From NCBI GenBank assembly GCA_035283845.1, contig DATESZ010000264.1, forward strand, positions 1 to 55,360: 55,360 nt of DNA. The letters are read 5' to 3'. The translations under genes and the position numbers were made by a program. Within the stretch, counting starts at the first letter, position 1. The number at the start of each line of letters is the position of its first letter. The notes beneath the pieces are model-generated. The model was not told the DNA's origin and made no database searches. It worked only from the letters and a program-made list of their open reading frames with translations. The DNA is from Syntrophales bacterium. Its GTDB lineage: Bacteria > Desulfobacterota > Syntrophia > Syntrophales > JACQWR01. This document shows positions 14,499 through 23,570 of the stretch, piece after piece.

Positions 14499-15061
14499 AC
14501 ATCGAAACGATCAAACAATTTTGCTTTTGCGGTAAGGATGAAACGTGGCCACCATTGATGAAACCCTGGCAGCGTGACGGGTACATTTACGCCAGCGACG
14601 GAGAGGTTATGATCCGTGTGCCCGCGGGGGGAGTCAACGACCCGGTCGAGGATGAACCAAAAGCCCCCAGTGGAGCGTTTGTGTTTGATGCAACGCCGAT
14701 CCCCCCGACGTTTTACCCGATCCCCGACATTGAGCCACCGGCAGAGCAGCCACGAGAAAAAGAGGCGTGCGAGCGGTGCAGCGGCGAGGGGTTTGGTGAG
14801 TGCCCCACCTGCGGCCAGGTGGCACCGTGCGGCGAATGCGAAGGAACGGGAAAAGTAACACCAAAAAGGAACGTTAAACGAATAACCATCGGAGGCCGGG
14901 ATTTTGCCGCCGCGAAACTCTACCGCATAAAAACGCTGTTGCCGGGGGCGCACATCGGGCCGAATGAGCCGAGAAGGGGGGCAACCTCTTTGCCTGCCGC
15001 CCGGATAACATTTGACGGCGGCGAGGGCCTGATTATGCCGATGAAAGCGCAGAAGGGGTGA
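14495..15061 (+). CDS. Protein with a DnaJ-type CxxCxGxG zinc finger and clamp-like termini, 188 aa
   Basis: ORF track. CERCSGEGFGECPTCGQVAPCGECEGTGKV. YASDGEVMIRV and GLIMPM are reminiscent of beta-clamp motifs (weak, from memory). Confidence 0.6.
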   Translation: MNIETIKQFCFCGKDETWPPLMKPWQRDGYIYASDGEVMIRVPAGGVNDPVEDEPKAPSGAFVFDATPIPPTFYPIPDIEPPAEQPREKEACERCSGEGFGECPTCGQVAPCGECEGTGKVTPKRNVKRITIGGRDFAAAKLYRIKTLLPGAHIGPNEPRRGATSLPAARITFDGGEGLIMPMKAQKG

Positions 15062-15089
15062 ATAGAGAGAGAGACAGGAGGAAATACGA

Positions 15090-15293
15090 ATGGCCGGGAT
15101 ACCGCTTGCAGTAATTAAAAAGGCAACTACGTTTGCGCTGAACCACTACATCCGAGAAGGAGATGTCAACTTCGACGCCAAAAAGATATACTTTTACGCT
15201 CCAGACGGGGGCCTGATAGCCTGGGTGCGGCGGGATGCGACAAACGGCAGGAACAAAGGCAGCTATTGGGTTCTAAGCGGCAAAGAGTGTTGA
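15090..15293 (+). CDS. Hypothetical protein, 67 aa
   Basis: ORF track. AGGAGG SD. Confidence 0.6.
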   Translation: MAGIPLAVIKKATTFALNHYIREGDVNFDAKKIYFYAPDGGLIAWVRRDATNGRNKGSYWVLSGKEC

Positions 15294-15312
15294 ACTTTGG
15301 AGACGTGAAATT

Positions 15313-15501
15313 ATGACCGACTACACGGAGATACAGACAAAAGCGGTATGCACAGCCCCGGCAGATGACCAGCGAGACTGCACGGGGTTTAGGGCGACGA
15401 CGATCAGGAAGCGTTGCCGTCATTTGGAGTTTTATTCACGGGCTTGTGGCCGGCAGGAATGGGAGCGGGCGCACGGGCATAGCAAAAAGGAGGGGGAATG
15501 A
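15313..15501 (+). CDS. Hypothetical protein, 62 aa
   Basis: ORF track. Its end overlaps the next start (ATGA). Confidence 0.5.
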   Translation: MTDYTEIQTKAVCTAPADDQRDCTGFRATTIRKRCRHLEFYSRACGRQEWERAHGHSKKEGE

Positions 15502-15989
15502 TAATCGTAGGAATTGATCCCGGAATGAGCGGCGGAATTGCGGTGATGGCGTATGATGACATCCCCATCGCGTACAAGATGCCAGAAACCGAGCGGGATA
15601 TTTATGACATTCTTGAGGCAGTAGGATGCGAGGCAAGTGAACCCATCGCAGTTTTTCTTGAATCCGTCCATTCCATGCCGGGGCAAGGAGTGGCCTCGTC
15701 GTTTAAGTTTGGGAGGGGTTATGGCTTCTTGAGGGGTGCGATAACGGCGTTGAAATACCCGCTGTATGACGTAACGCCCCAGAAGTGGCAAAAGGCGCTG
15801 TCGTGCCTCACAAGGGGCGACAAGAACGTGTCCAAGCGGAAGGCGCAGCAACTTTTCCCTCGCTTAAAAATAACACATTGCGTTGCTGACGCACTTCTTA
15901 TCGCAGAATATGGACGCCGGGCTTTGTCTGTCAACCACGCCGCCGTGCCTGGCGTCACGATCAGGACGGGCGACACAACCGACATATGA
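15498..15989 (+). CDS. RuvC-like Holliday junction resolvase, 163 aa
   Basis: ORF track. MIIVGIDPGMSGGIAV N-terminal catalytic Asp motif and a C-terminal DALLIA motif. Confidence 0.8.
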   Translation: MIIVGIDPGMSGGIAVMAYDDIPIAYKMPETERDIYDILEAVGCEASEPIAVFLESVHSMPGQGVASSFKFGRGYGFLRGAITALKYPLYDVTPQKWQKALSCLTRGDKNVSKRKAQQLFPRLKITHCVADALLIAEYGRRALSVNHAAVPGVTIRTGDTTDI

Positions 15990-16049
15990 GGAGGAATTGT
16001 AAATGGATGATTTATTTATAAAAACGGCTGGAACGAATGGGGTTGTCTG

Positions 16050-16232
16050 ATGGCGGCGGCATATTGCAATAAATGCGGGCGGATTGTGGGCACGCTAACC
16101 GGGCGGCTGCTCAAAGGCTATGCGATTCTGTGCCCGGATTGCGCAACGGCATCCAAGCGGGCGTCAGGCAGGCCAAAAGACGACATGATGTTGGACTTTT
16201 TGAAGGACATTTTTTCAGGAGGGAAACGATGA
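16050..16232 (+). CDS. Hypothetical zinc-ribbon protein, 60 aa
   Basis: ORF track. CNKCGR...CPDC. Confidence 0.5.
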   Translation: MAAAYCNKCGRIVGTLTGRLLKGYAILCPDCATASKRASGRPKDDMMLDFLKDIFSGGKR

Positions 16233-16450
16233 GCATTTTATTGGGTCTGGCAGGGTGGATGTTGGCGGCGGTATTGTTGGTGGTCTTGGCGGTGATGTGG
16301 GAAAAAAGGAAAGAGGCCGAGGAAATGACGGATTGCCTCTGGGCAGCCCTTGACCGGGCGGAAGGGGAAATTGATTCCCTGGCGAAAAACCAAAGCGCGC
16401 CCAGGAACAAGCAAGGGCGATTCGTCGCTAAGCACAAAAAGGGAGGCTAA
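16229..16450 (+). CDS. Hypothetical membrane protein, 73 aa
   Basis: Internal ATG overlapping the previous stop (ATGA). N-terminal TM helix. Confidence 0.5.
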   Translation: MSILLGLAGWMLAAVLLVVLAVMWEKRKEAEEMTDCLWAALDRAEGEIDSLAKNQSAPRNKQGRFVAKHKKGG

Positions 16451-16451
16451 A

Positions 16452-16730
16452 TTGACGATAATTGCATGGGATTCGACATCCCCAAAATGCCGGGATGAAA
16501 AGGACGCCTGGGGCACTTTGATTGTAGCCGGGCGTGACGGGTGCTTTTTTTACGAGCGTTACGGCGTGCCGATCAAAGTCGAAGACCCGTTTATGGCATG
16601 GGGGGCGGGCAGAGAAGCCGCCCTGGGCGCTATGGAGATGGGAGCCGACGCGATTCGGGCCGTTGGGGTTGCGTCAAGGTGGGTCACGGGCTGCGGCCGG
16701 GGCTGCGACTGGTTTGAGGTTGATGGATGA
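16452..16730 (+). CDS. Hypothetical protein, 92 aa (TTG start)
   Basis: GGGAGG SD 5 nt before the TTG. The ORF-track ATG at 16350 would fully overlap the previous gene. Confidence 0.4.
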   Translation: MTIIAWDSTSPKCRDEKDAWGTLIVAGRDGCFFYERYGVPIKVEDPFMAWGAGREAALGAMEMGADAIRAVGVASRWVTGCGRGCDWFEVDG

Positions 16731-16888
16731 AATACCGATGCAAGCACTGTAAGACGGTTCTTGAGCGCGACTCAACAAAGCAGTGGGTAAAGTCCTACTG
16801 TGAGAAAACAGGCAGGACGATACATTTAAAAAAGGTTAAAGGTTCCTCCCCGGTAATAAAATCCCAAGGGGACTTTCCGCAAGGATAG
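16727..16888 (+). CDS. Hypothetical zinc-ribbon miniprotein, 53 aa
   Basis: Hand translation: MKYRCKHCKTVLERDSTKQWVKSYCEKTGRTIHLKK.... ATGA overlap with the previous gene. Confidence 0.45.
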   Translation: MKYRCKHCKTVLERDSTKQWVKSYCEKTGRTIHLKKVKGSSPVIKSQGDFPQG

Positions 16889-16907
16889 CCGGGGAGGTCA
16901 CTCACTA

Positions 16908-16938
16908 AATAGGCCCCCGCGTTAAGAGGGGGCCTATT
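16908..16938. terminator. Hairpin between convergent transcription units
   Basis: AATAGGCCCCC-gcgttaaga-GGGGGCCTATT, an 11-bp stem between the last plus-strand early gene and the minus-strand cluster. Confidence 0.6.
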
Positions 16939-16958
16939 CCTTTAGTTCAAAAACAATC

Positions 16959-17069
16959 TTATTCGCCGCTGACAATAATCGCCAGCAAGATCAATCCCAA
17001 AGTCACCCAAAAGGGCGCTAAAGCCACAAGCATAATGGCCAGCACGATAAAAATAGCAACTCCGCCCAT
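16959..17069 (-). CDS. Hypothetical 36-aa membrane peptide
   Basis: Hand translation: MGGVAIFIVLAIMLVALAPFWVTLGLILLAIIVSGE. Confidence 0.3.
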   Translation of the reverse strand: MGGVAIFIVLAIMLVALAPFWVTLGLILLAIIVSGE

Positions 17070-17070
17070 T

Positions 17071-17244
17071 TTACGCACCCGCCTTCCCGCCCGACGGCCC
17101 CAGCCGCACAAGCATTTCCCGAATCCGCGCGTTCTCATTGGCCAGCTGGTCGATTAGCTCCTGTTTGGCTCTGATGTTGTCCCTCATGGCCTCGTTCACC
17201 GCTCTGAGGGTCTCGATTTGCTCATCCCATTGATTGTTTATCAT
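17071..17244 (-). CDS. Hypothetical coiled-coil protein, 57 aa
   Basis: Hand translation: MINNQWDEQIETLRAVNEAMRDNIRAKQELIDQLANENARIREML.... ATGA overlap with 17241..17558. Confidence 0.4.
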   Translation of the reverse strand: MINNQWDEQIETLRAVNEAMRDNIRAKQELIDQLANENARIREMLVRLGPSGGKAGA

Positions 17245-17558
17245 GGCTTGACCTCCGCTTTGGCAACCGCCGCCTCTAGTGCCCGATATTCCCGATATGC
17301 CGTCCCCGTGGTGATCTCATTTTCAAGCGCCAATACCGCCCTGGCCGCATCAAAAAGGTCACGGCTTGCAGAAATTAGCCGGGCATTTGCCTCACATTCC
17401 GCTACCCGTTCCGCCCGTTCCGGCTCGGTCAAAAGAGCGTGCATTACCCAATAGGCACGCTTAGTGTCGCAGATAGTCCTCCCGTTACCCAACACAAGCC
17501 CCGTCTGCTCGCCCTCAATTTCGTGGATTTCCCACGGCCCGCATGTGATTTTGTCCAT
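17241..17558 (-). CDS. Hypothetical protein, 105 aa
   Basis: Internal ATG with GGGAGGGAGG SD. Confidence 0.6.
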   Translation of the reverse strand: MDKITCGPWEIHEIEGEQTGLVLGNGRTICDTKRAYWVMHALLTEPERAERVAECEANARLISASRDLFDAARAVLALENEITTGTAYREYRALEAAVAKAEVKP

Positions 17559-17580
17559 TACCTCCCTCCCTTTCAACTCG

Positions 17581-17919
17581 TTAAAAAACCCACAGAAAAA
17601 CATATGCCAGCGCCACAACTCCCAGGAGCAGAACCGCGCCCCCGGCAACGTCCCACCAGCTATACACCGGCAGCGGATCCAGATACGGATGCCGCCGGTT
17701 CGCTAGCTCATTTTTCGTCATTTTACAATCCTCCCTCATCACCGTTTTCGTGTAATCCGCCTGAGACAGACTATTTGCCGGGTAATGATACCCATCCATT
17801 TCATAGCCGTTTTTCTCTCGGACAAAATTGGATAACATTGGATTGCCGCCACAAAAAGCGGAAGCTGCTAATTTCTGCCGGTCGTGCATTATCCTCCAGT
17901 CCCTATATTGCATTTTCAT
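17581..17919 (-). CDS. Hypothetical protein with a C-terminal TM anchor, 112 aa
   Basis: Internal ATG with GGGGGGAGAG SD. Confidence 0.55.
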   Translation of the reverse strand: MKMQYRDWRIMHDRQKLAASAFCGGNPMLSNFVREKNGYEMDGYHYPANSLSQADYTKTVMREDCKMTKNELANRRHPYLDPLPVYSWWDVAGGAVLLLGVVALAYVFLWVF

Positions 17920-18026
17920 CTCTCCCCCCCTTTCCGGCGATAGGCTCGCCGGGGGCCATTGTAGGTTAGTCCTCTGCCTCCACGATTGCGCAGGTGTTGG
18001 CACTCGCCAGTCAGTATGTTAATTTA

Positions 18027-18275
18027 TTATTTTACCCCACCATATTTTTTAATATCATCAGTTGGAATATTGACGTTTCCCCTCCAACCGCTAACGTAAT
18101 ACGATTCGATAACATTTGGGTTGTCTGTGTAAAATTTTGTTAGCGCGGGACGCGGCGTTCCGGGGTTGACAACGGTAACGGTAACATTATTATCGCCTCT
18201 GCCCGCATTATTTGCATAATGCAAATGGATATCCGCGTTTTTCAATTCGATGACTTTTTTACTGTAGAATTTCAT
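18027..18275 (-). CDS. Hypothetical protein, 82 aa
   Basis: Internal ATG with AGGAGG SD. Confidence 0.6.
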   Translation of the reverse strand: MKFYSKKVIELKNADIHLHYANNAGRGDNNVTVTVVNPGTPRPALTKFYTDNPNVIESYYVSGWRGNVNIPTDDIKKYGGVK

Positions 18276-18473
18276 TTTGTAACCTCCTATTATAGTTATT
18301 GCCCTCTCGCCACGGCACCGTTGCCGCTGTGGGCCTATCCTGTTAAACACCTGCACCATTAGTATTGCAGGTACCGTGCCAACTACAGGCGTAAGGGGTA
18401 AGTAGCCGAAAACACAACCAAATCACCAACAACCCCCGCCACAAACTGTGTCGCAAAAAACACACCAAAGACG

Positions 18474-18640
18474 CCATAATGGAGTACCCAAAAGCACGAA
18501 AGCGCCTAACTATATAATCTCGCTAACAAATCAGGCCATCCATAATGGAGCACCGCCATTCCATAATGTAACAATAGAACGGGCGTTCGAAAAATGTGTT
18601 GACATAATGGAATATCCGTGCCATAATATACGTAATGGCA
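18474..18640. promoter_or_regulatory. Cluster of CCATAATGG-type repeats (candidate operators)
   Basis: CCATAATGGAG at 18474 and 18540, CCATAATGTA at 18561, ACATAATGGAA at 18602, CCATAATATA at 18621 and GTAATGGCA at 18632. Confidence 0.5.
18599..18627 (+). promoter_or_regulatory. Sigma70-like promoter overlapping the repeat cluster
   Basis: TTGACA (18599..18604), 17 nt, CATAAT (18622..18627). Confidence 0.5.
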
Positions 18641-18695
18641 AATCGATTCTGTGCCAATTACGACCCAGAAAACCCCCCAACACGAGCAGGGGCAC

Positions 18696-18932
18696 ATGAC
18701 GCACACCAGAATAACCATCCTCAAAAATTCTCTCACCCTCAAAATAGACGATACCAAATCAGACCTGCAGGCACTGGAACGCCTCGCCGATCAATTATCA
18801 GAATCAATCGGCTGCTGGTTAACGATCGAACGAGACACACAGTCATGTTGCCCCAGATGCGATGTAAAACACCGCCTATACGAGCGTCACGACCTCGAAC
18901 GGTGCCCCTATTGCCACAAAAAAATAGTGTGA
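18696..18932 (+). CDS. Hypothetical zinc-ribbon protein, 78 aa
   Basis: Internal ATG of ORF 18651..18932. CCPRC...CPYC. Confidence 0.5.
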   Translation: MTHTRITILKNSLTLKIDDTKSDLQALERLADQLSESIGCWLTIERDTQSCCPRCDVKHRLYERHDLERCPYCHKKIV

Positions 18933-19543
18933 CTCCAGGGCGCGCTCCTGGCGCCCGTCGGGAAAACTAACCAGAGACGCAGATCATATAATTCCGGCAC
19001 ACCACGCAACACAATCACCGATGCCAAAAACCCCAGAGGTAAGCAAAAAAACATGCCAACCGGGTGACCTCAGCCCGAACGGAAATAATAAACAATAGCG
19101 CCCCTTCACACCAAAAGAACACAAAAAAAAGAAAAGCGTCAATTATTTGACGGTCTAACCGACTCTATCCGACACAGGCAGGCCGGGTATGCAGGCCAAC
19201 GCCCGGCAGGCCTCCTGCCCCGTCAGCGCACCCGGCACAGGCCGCGACTGGTAAAGTTTGGGCAGAAGTTAGTGAGTTTAGCCTAATAGTTCTGGTTAGT
19301 TACTGCATCTGGCCCAGGCTTTTGAGTTATCAACAGGCGGGATGGGCGCCAGGTATTTCGGGATGCCCCCACCCCTACCCCCCATAGTCGGGTTTTCGCT
19401 CGATTTGGGCCCGGAATTATCGAATTACCGCTCCATATCGCGTGGGTCAAATTTCGTTAAAGTTATGTCTCCTCTGTTAGGATTGTGAGTTCTTTGGTGT
19501 TCGCCGCCATTCCGCCGCCCTACTTATTCCCCAGAAATAAACC

Positions 19544-19572
19544 TTGACAACCCGTAAAGTAAATGCTATTAC
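19544..19572 (+). promoter_or_regulatory. Sigma70-like promoter of the recombinase gene
   Basis: TTGACA (19544..19549), 17 nt, TATTAC (19567..19572). The ORF-track start at 19544 is this -35 box. Confidence 0.5.
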
Positions 19573-19591
19573 AGCCCAAAATGGAGCGCAT

Positions 19592-20188
19592 ATGACCAAG
19601 CATCAGCAATCGCTTAACCACCCCCAGAAGGGGTCTCGGATAACCGTTGACCCTATTAGAAGTCTCGAAGACATAAACGAGATCAAGCTGCTACTGAGGA
19701 ATGATCCGCTTTATCTTTGTCTTTTCACTCTAGGGATAAACACAGGATTGCGTGCTTCGGACTTACTCCATATTACGGCGGGGCAGGTCAAGGATTTATC
19801 CCCGATGGACGAGTTGTGTTTGAACAAGCGTAAGACCGGCAATGGTCGGAGGATGAATTTAAACTCGGCCTGTGTTGATGCGATACATTCTCTTTTGGCT
19901 AGCAGGGGGTATCTTGACGAAGAAGTCTTGTTTATTGGGCAGCGGGGGCCGTTGACTGTTTCGTCTGTGAATCGGTTGTGGAAAAGGTGGGCGAGGCAAT
20001 GTGGGATTCGGGGGAACTTCGGCAGTCATTCTGCCAGAAAGACTTTTGGCTATCATCAGCGCGCGACCTTTGGGGTGTGCCTGCCCGAGCTGATGCGGGT
20101 GTTTGGGCATTCAAGTGAACGGCAAACCCTTGCCTACATAGGCATCCAGGATGAGACGATAAAGAACATTTACGCAAACACACTATAA
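19592..20188 (+). CDS. Tyrosine recombinase, catalytic domain only, 198 aa
   Basis: ATG with GGAG SD. Catalytic motifs TGLRASDL (R), HSARKTF (HxxR), VFGHSS (H) and LAYIG (Y). No N-terminal core-binding domain of normal length. Confidence 0.85.
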   Translation: MTKHQQSLNHPQKGSRITVDPIRSLEDINEIKLLLRNDPLYLCLFTLGINTGLRASDLLHITAGQVKDLSPMDELCLNKRKTGNGRRMNLNSACVDAIHSLLASRGYLDEEVLFIGQRGPLTVSSVNRLWKRWARQCGIRGNFGSHSARKTFGYHQRATFGVCLPELMRVFGHSSERQTLAYIGIQDETIKNIYANTL

Positions 20189-20203
20189 AGGGGGGTAAAT
20201 TAG

Positions 20204-20482
20204 ATGAGTGGATTGAGCATGGTTATGTTTGGCGGTAATATGTTCATAATGGGGAAGCTTGAAGGGCAGAAGCTATTTAACCCAAGGCAATATGCTCTGG
20301 TGCAGACATCCCCTGGGCGGTTCCAGCACCACTTGTCTCCACCCCCTGCGGCCCCGGCATTTATACATCTTCCTAAAGATATTTTTTATTACCCCATTGC
20401 TGATGGCGAGCTTTCGGCTTTATACACTGAGGCGACCACCGGGATAAAGATTGCCAATCCTCTTATTGGGTTGGTCCGCTAA
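20204..20482 (+). CDS. Hypothetical protein, 92 aa
   Basis: ORF track. GGGGGG SD. Confidence 0.5.
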   Translation: MSGLSMVMFGGNMFIMGKLEGQKLFNPRQYALVQTSPGRFQHHLSPPPAAPAFIHLPKDIFYYPIADGELSALYTEATTGIKIANPLIGLVR

Positions 20483-21102
20483 TGGCCGTCTGTGGGGTAA
20501 AGGGCAAGATAGACAAGATCGTCATGGAGCAGAAGATCAAAGCTGGCGAATCCTACGCGGCGATTGGGGCTTATTTTGGTGTGGGCAGGGAGTCTGTGCG
20601 GATGGCTCACAAGAGGCTGGGGGGCGCGGTGGAGTCCACGCCGGAACTGATTGAGAAGTCAGAATTATCTAAAGGCAATCTTGACACTATAAATCAGCTT
20701 GTAAAAATCAATTCTGCCATCATGGATGAACTCGATCGCGCTCGAAGGCTTATTTTACGAGAGGACATAAAAGTAAAAGAGCGGGAGCGCCTTGAAGACC
20801 AGGTGGAACGCGACCCCACCCGGACGGATTTGGTAGAGAAACTAAAAGAGAAAGCCAATATTAATTTTTCTAATATTCTGAAGATTCAAGCCAGCGTGAT
20901 TGATATATCCGCTGAGGTCAGGAAGCAACTCGAATTGCAAATAAAGATCGCTGAGACGCTTTACAGTGCGACGATGGTGGCGCAGTTTCAAGAAGAGGTG
21001 TTAAACGCAATCGCGTCGGCGGACACAAATGTCAGAACCAGGATAATCGTTAAGCTCAAAGAACTTAGGACAATCCGGGGACTGATCCAGATAAAGAAAT
21101 AG
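20482..21102 (+). CDS. Probable small terminase subunit, 206 aa
   Basis: ORF track. N-terminal HTH-like segment plus a long coiled coil, directly upstream of the large terminase. Confidence 0.5.
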   Translation: MAVCGVKGKIDKIVMEQKIKAGESYAAIGAYFGVGRESVRMAHKRLGGAVESTPELIEKSELSKGNLDTINQLVKINSAIMDELDRARRLILREDIKVKERERLEDQVERDPTRTDLVEKLKEKANINFSNILKIQASVIDISAEVRKQLELQIKIAETLYSATMVAQFQEEVLNAIASADTNVRTRIIVKLKELRTIRGLIQIKK

Positions 21103-21108
21103 AGGATC

Positions 21109-22731
21109 ATGGCCGTTATAACCGAAGCACACAAGACCGACATGTTCGCTGAGTTGATAAATTCCATCGACCAGAAGTTCGGAGGCAGCAGCGAAACCTC
21201 CTCCGACTTGGGGCAGTGGGCCGTTAACAATGAGATTATGCTTGATGGCAAGAAGTTCACCTTCAAAAAGCACGAATACCTTATCGAGCCCTACAGCGAC
21301 AAACACCCCTACCAGGTAGAAATAAAAGCTACACAACTGGGTCTCACCTCAAAGGCCATGCTCAGGGTATTCCATACGGCACGGTATGGAGGCGACAGCT
21401 ACCGGGGCATTGGATACTACTTCCCGTCCAGAACCGACGTTACAGACCTCAGCAAGACCAGGATAGACCCGCTTATTGATGACAACCCCGAAACCATAGG
21501 GCAGTGGATGCGCGACACCAACGCCGCTAATGTGAAAAAGATATGGAATACGAACCTTTACCTTCGCGGCATGCGGTCTCGGGTCGGAGCAAAATCATCC
21601 CCGATGGACTTCGTGGTGTTTGATGAACTGGACGAAGCCCCCCCAAAAATGGTGGATATGATTCTCGAACGTATGGCGCATTCCGAAGAGGGGGAATTAC
21701 TCTACTTGTCCAACCCCACCCTTCCGGATTACGGTATCGATCGGCTTTTCCAGCTTTCCAACCAGATGTACTGGCTGATTAAGTGCCCAAAGTGCAATCA
21801 TTACACCGATCTGGTGGGAACCTTCCCGGAGTGCCTACTAATGGCAAGGGGCAGAGTTATAAGGGCCTGCGAGAAATGCCATGCAGAACTTGACCCTTCT
21901 AAGGGCGCATGGGTTGCCAAAAGACCCGACATAACCGATATACATGGTAGGCAATTCAGCCAACTTTACTCCCAGACTAAAATGACCAACCCGGAGAAGA
22001 TACTGCATACCTTCCAGACAACGAACAATCTGACCGATTTCTACAACCTTAAGCTCGGGATAGCCTACGTAGAGGCGCAGAACCGTCTCTCTGTTCAACA
22101 AGTGCTTGATTGTTGTGGCGACAGGGGCATTGCGTCGAGTTGCGACGAGGGCACATTCATGGGGGTGGATCAAGGCAACAACCTCCACGTGGTTATTGGC
22201 AAGCCTCATCCGAAACGTGCCGGCGAGGTAATCCATATCGGGGAATATCTTGGGAACAAGGGCAAGGAAGGCGGCTCATGGAAACAACTTGATGAATTGA
22301 TGGCTAGATTTAAAGTTATGCGTTGCGTGGTTGACGGGCTGCCAGAGACCAAACATGCCAGGGCGTTTGCGGAGAGGTTCCCTGGAAGGGTATTCTTATT
22401 GTTTGCCAACGTCCACCAGAAGGGATCGTATAGGTGGGATGAGCGGGCGCATCTGGTGAGTGCGAACATTACGGAAACACTTGATGCCAGCCATAGGTTG
22501 ATAGCGGATTGCGATATTATACTACCCAGAAAATCATCGGATGTTGTCCAGGAATTCGCGCGCCATTGCCATGCCGTAGCAAAAAAACTTGAGGAAGACG
22601 ACGAAACGGGATCAAGCAGATATGTTTACATACATCGGCTCGCCGGTCCTGACCACTACGTAATGGCCTTTGACTATATGGTCATGTGTCTTCTTGATGC
22701 TCCGGCGCTTATGTTCCCGGAGCTTTTGTAA
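21109..22731 (+). CDS. terL: Large terminase subunit (GpA-like), 540 aa
   Basis: ORF track. Walker B-like VVFDELDE, a CPKC zinc motif, and typical size and position. Confidence 0.85.
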   Translation: MAVITEAHKTDMFAELINSIDQKFGGSSETSSDLGQWAVNNEIMLDGKKFTFKKHEYLIEPYSDKHPYQVEIKATQLGLTSKAMLRVFHTARYGGDSYRGIGYYFPSRTDVTDLSKTRIDPLIDDNPETIGQWMRDTNAANVKKIWNTNLYLRGMRSRVGAKSSPMDFVVFDELDEAPPKMVDMILERMAHSEEGELLYLSNPTLPDYGIDRLFQLSNQMYWLIKCPKCNHYTDLVGTFPECLLMARGRVIRACEKCHAELDPSKGAWVAKRPDITDIHGRQFSQLYSQTKMTNPEKILHTFQTTNNLTDFYNLKLGIAYVEAQNRLSVQQVLDCCGDRGIASSCDEGTFMGVDQGNNLHVVIGKPHPKRAGEVIHIGEYLGNKGKEGGSWKQLDELMARFKVMRCVVDGLPETKHARAFAERFPGRVFLLFANVHQKGSYRWDERAHLVSANITETLDASHRLIADCDIILPRKSSDVVQEFARHCHAVAKKLEEDDETGSSRYVYIHRLAGPDHYVMAFDYMVMCLLDAPALMFPELL

Positions 22732-22768
22732 TAATGACCGACGAACCCAAAAAGGAAAGGGCAAGACC

Positions 22769-23152
22769 ATGATAACATTTACTACAATCAGGGTTGTAAA
22801 GTGCGATACGTGTGGAAGGTCAGTTAGTGGCCCTACAGTTAGCGGGGAGTGGAAAGTTGAATGGGATTTTGGCCTTGCTGCGGGGTGGACAAAAACAACA
22901 CACAATAAGGTTCTTTGCCCTGCCTGCAACACCTACGGAACGCTTGCGCCAGACACGATATGGAATATAAATCCTCCGAAACCACCACTAGGGGCCCAAC
23001 CGCATCAGATATGGATTGAAAAAAGGGTGGGGGAGTTATCGCGTGCAATCCATGATTATGTATCCACTGGCAACTATATAGAGGGCTTAGGCGTATGGTC
23101 GAAAGAATTAGCCGAATTGATACCGAGGATGATAGACAAGAATGACCGATGA
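22769..23152 (+). CDS. Hypothetical zinc-ribbon protein, 127 aa
   Basis: Internal ATG of ORF 22670..23152. CDTCG...CPAC. Confidence 0.55.
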   Translation: MITFTTIRVVKCDTCGRSVSGPTVSGEWKVEWDFGLAAGWTKTTHNKVLCPACNTYGTLAPDTIWNINPPKPPLGAQPHQIWIEKRVGELSRAIHDYVSTGNYIEGLGVWSKELAELIPRMIDKNDR

Positions 23153-23210
23153 CCCCAAAAAAGAAGTCCCAAAGCCCTCAACCAGCCCAGAACTTTTATA
23201 AGGAGACATT

Positions 23211-23570
23211 ATGTTTGATGACCGAGATAAATTAGACCAACATGGGTACACTACAGAAAAGGATACAAGGTGGAGGGATTTTCTTAAAGAACCCCCGGAA
23301 GCGGGACGGTTTTTCTTGGGAAGGTGGGTATGGGAAAACGAAAAAGATAAATGGTCAAAACAACATCTTATTGCTTTTGGGAAAAGAGAGGCAAACGGCT
23401 ATTGTGTTTATGATGAGCATCTGCAAAATAATTGGCAAACAAAATCATTGAGCTATTTCCCCTTTGAATGGGTGCCATCTCCATCCTCTGAGAAAGAATA
23501 TTTTGAACACCAAGAATGGATAAAAAAGTATAAAGAGGAAAGGAAACTTTCAAAGGCTAAATATGAGTGA
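23211..23570 (+). CDS. Hypothetical protein (DUF551-like?), 119 aa
   Basis: ORF track. AGGAG SD. Confidence 0.6.
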   Translation: MFDDRDKLDQHGYTTEKDTRWRDFLKEPPEAGRFFLGRWVWENEKDKWSKQHLIAFGKREANGYCVYDEHLQNNWQTKSLSYFPFEWVPSPSSEKEYFEHQEWIKKYKEERKLSKAKYE

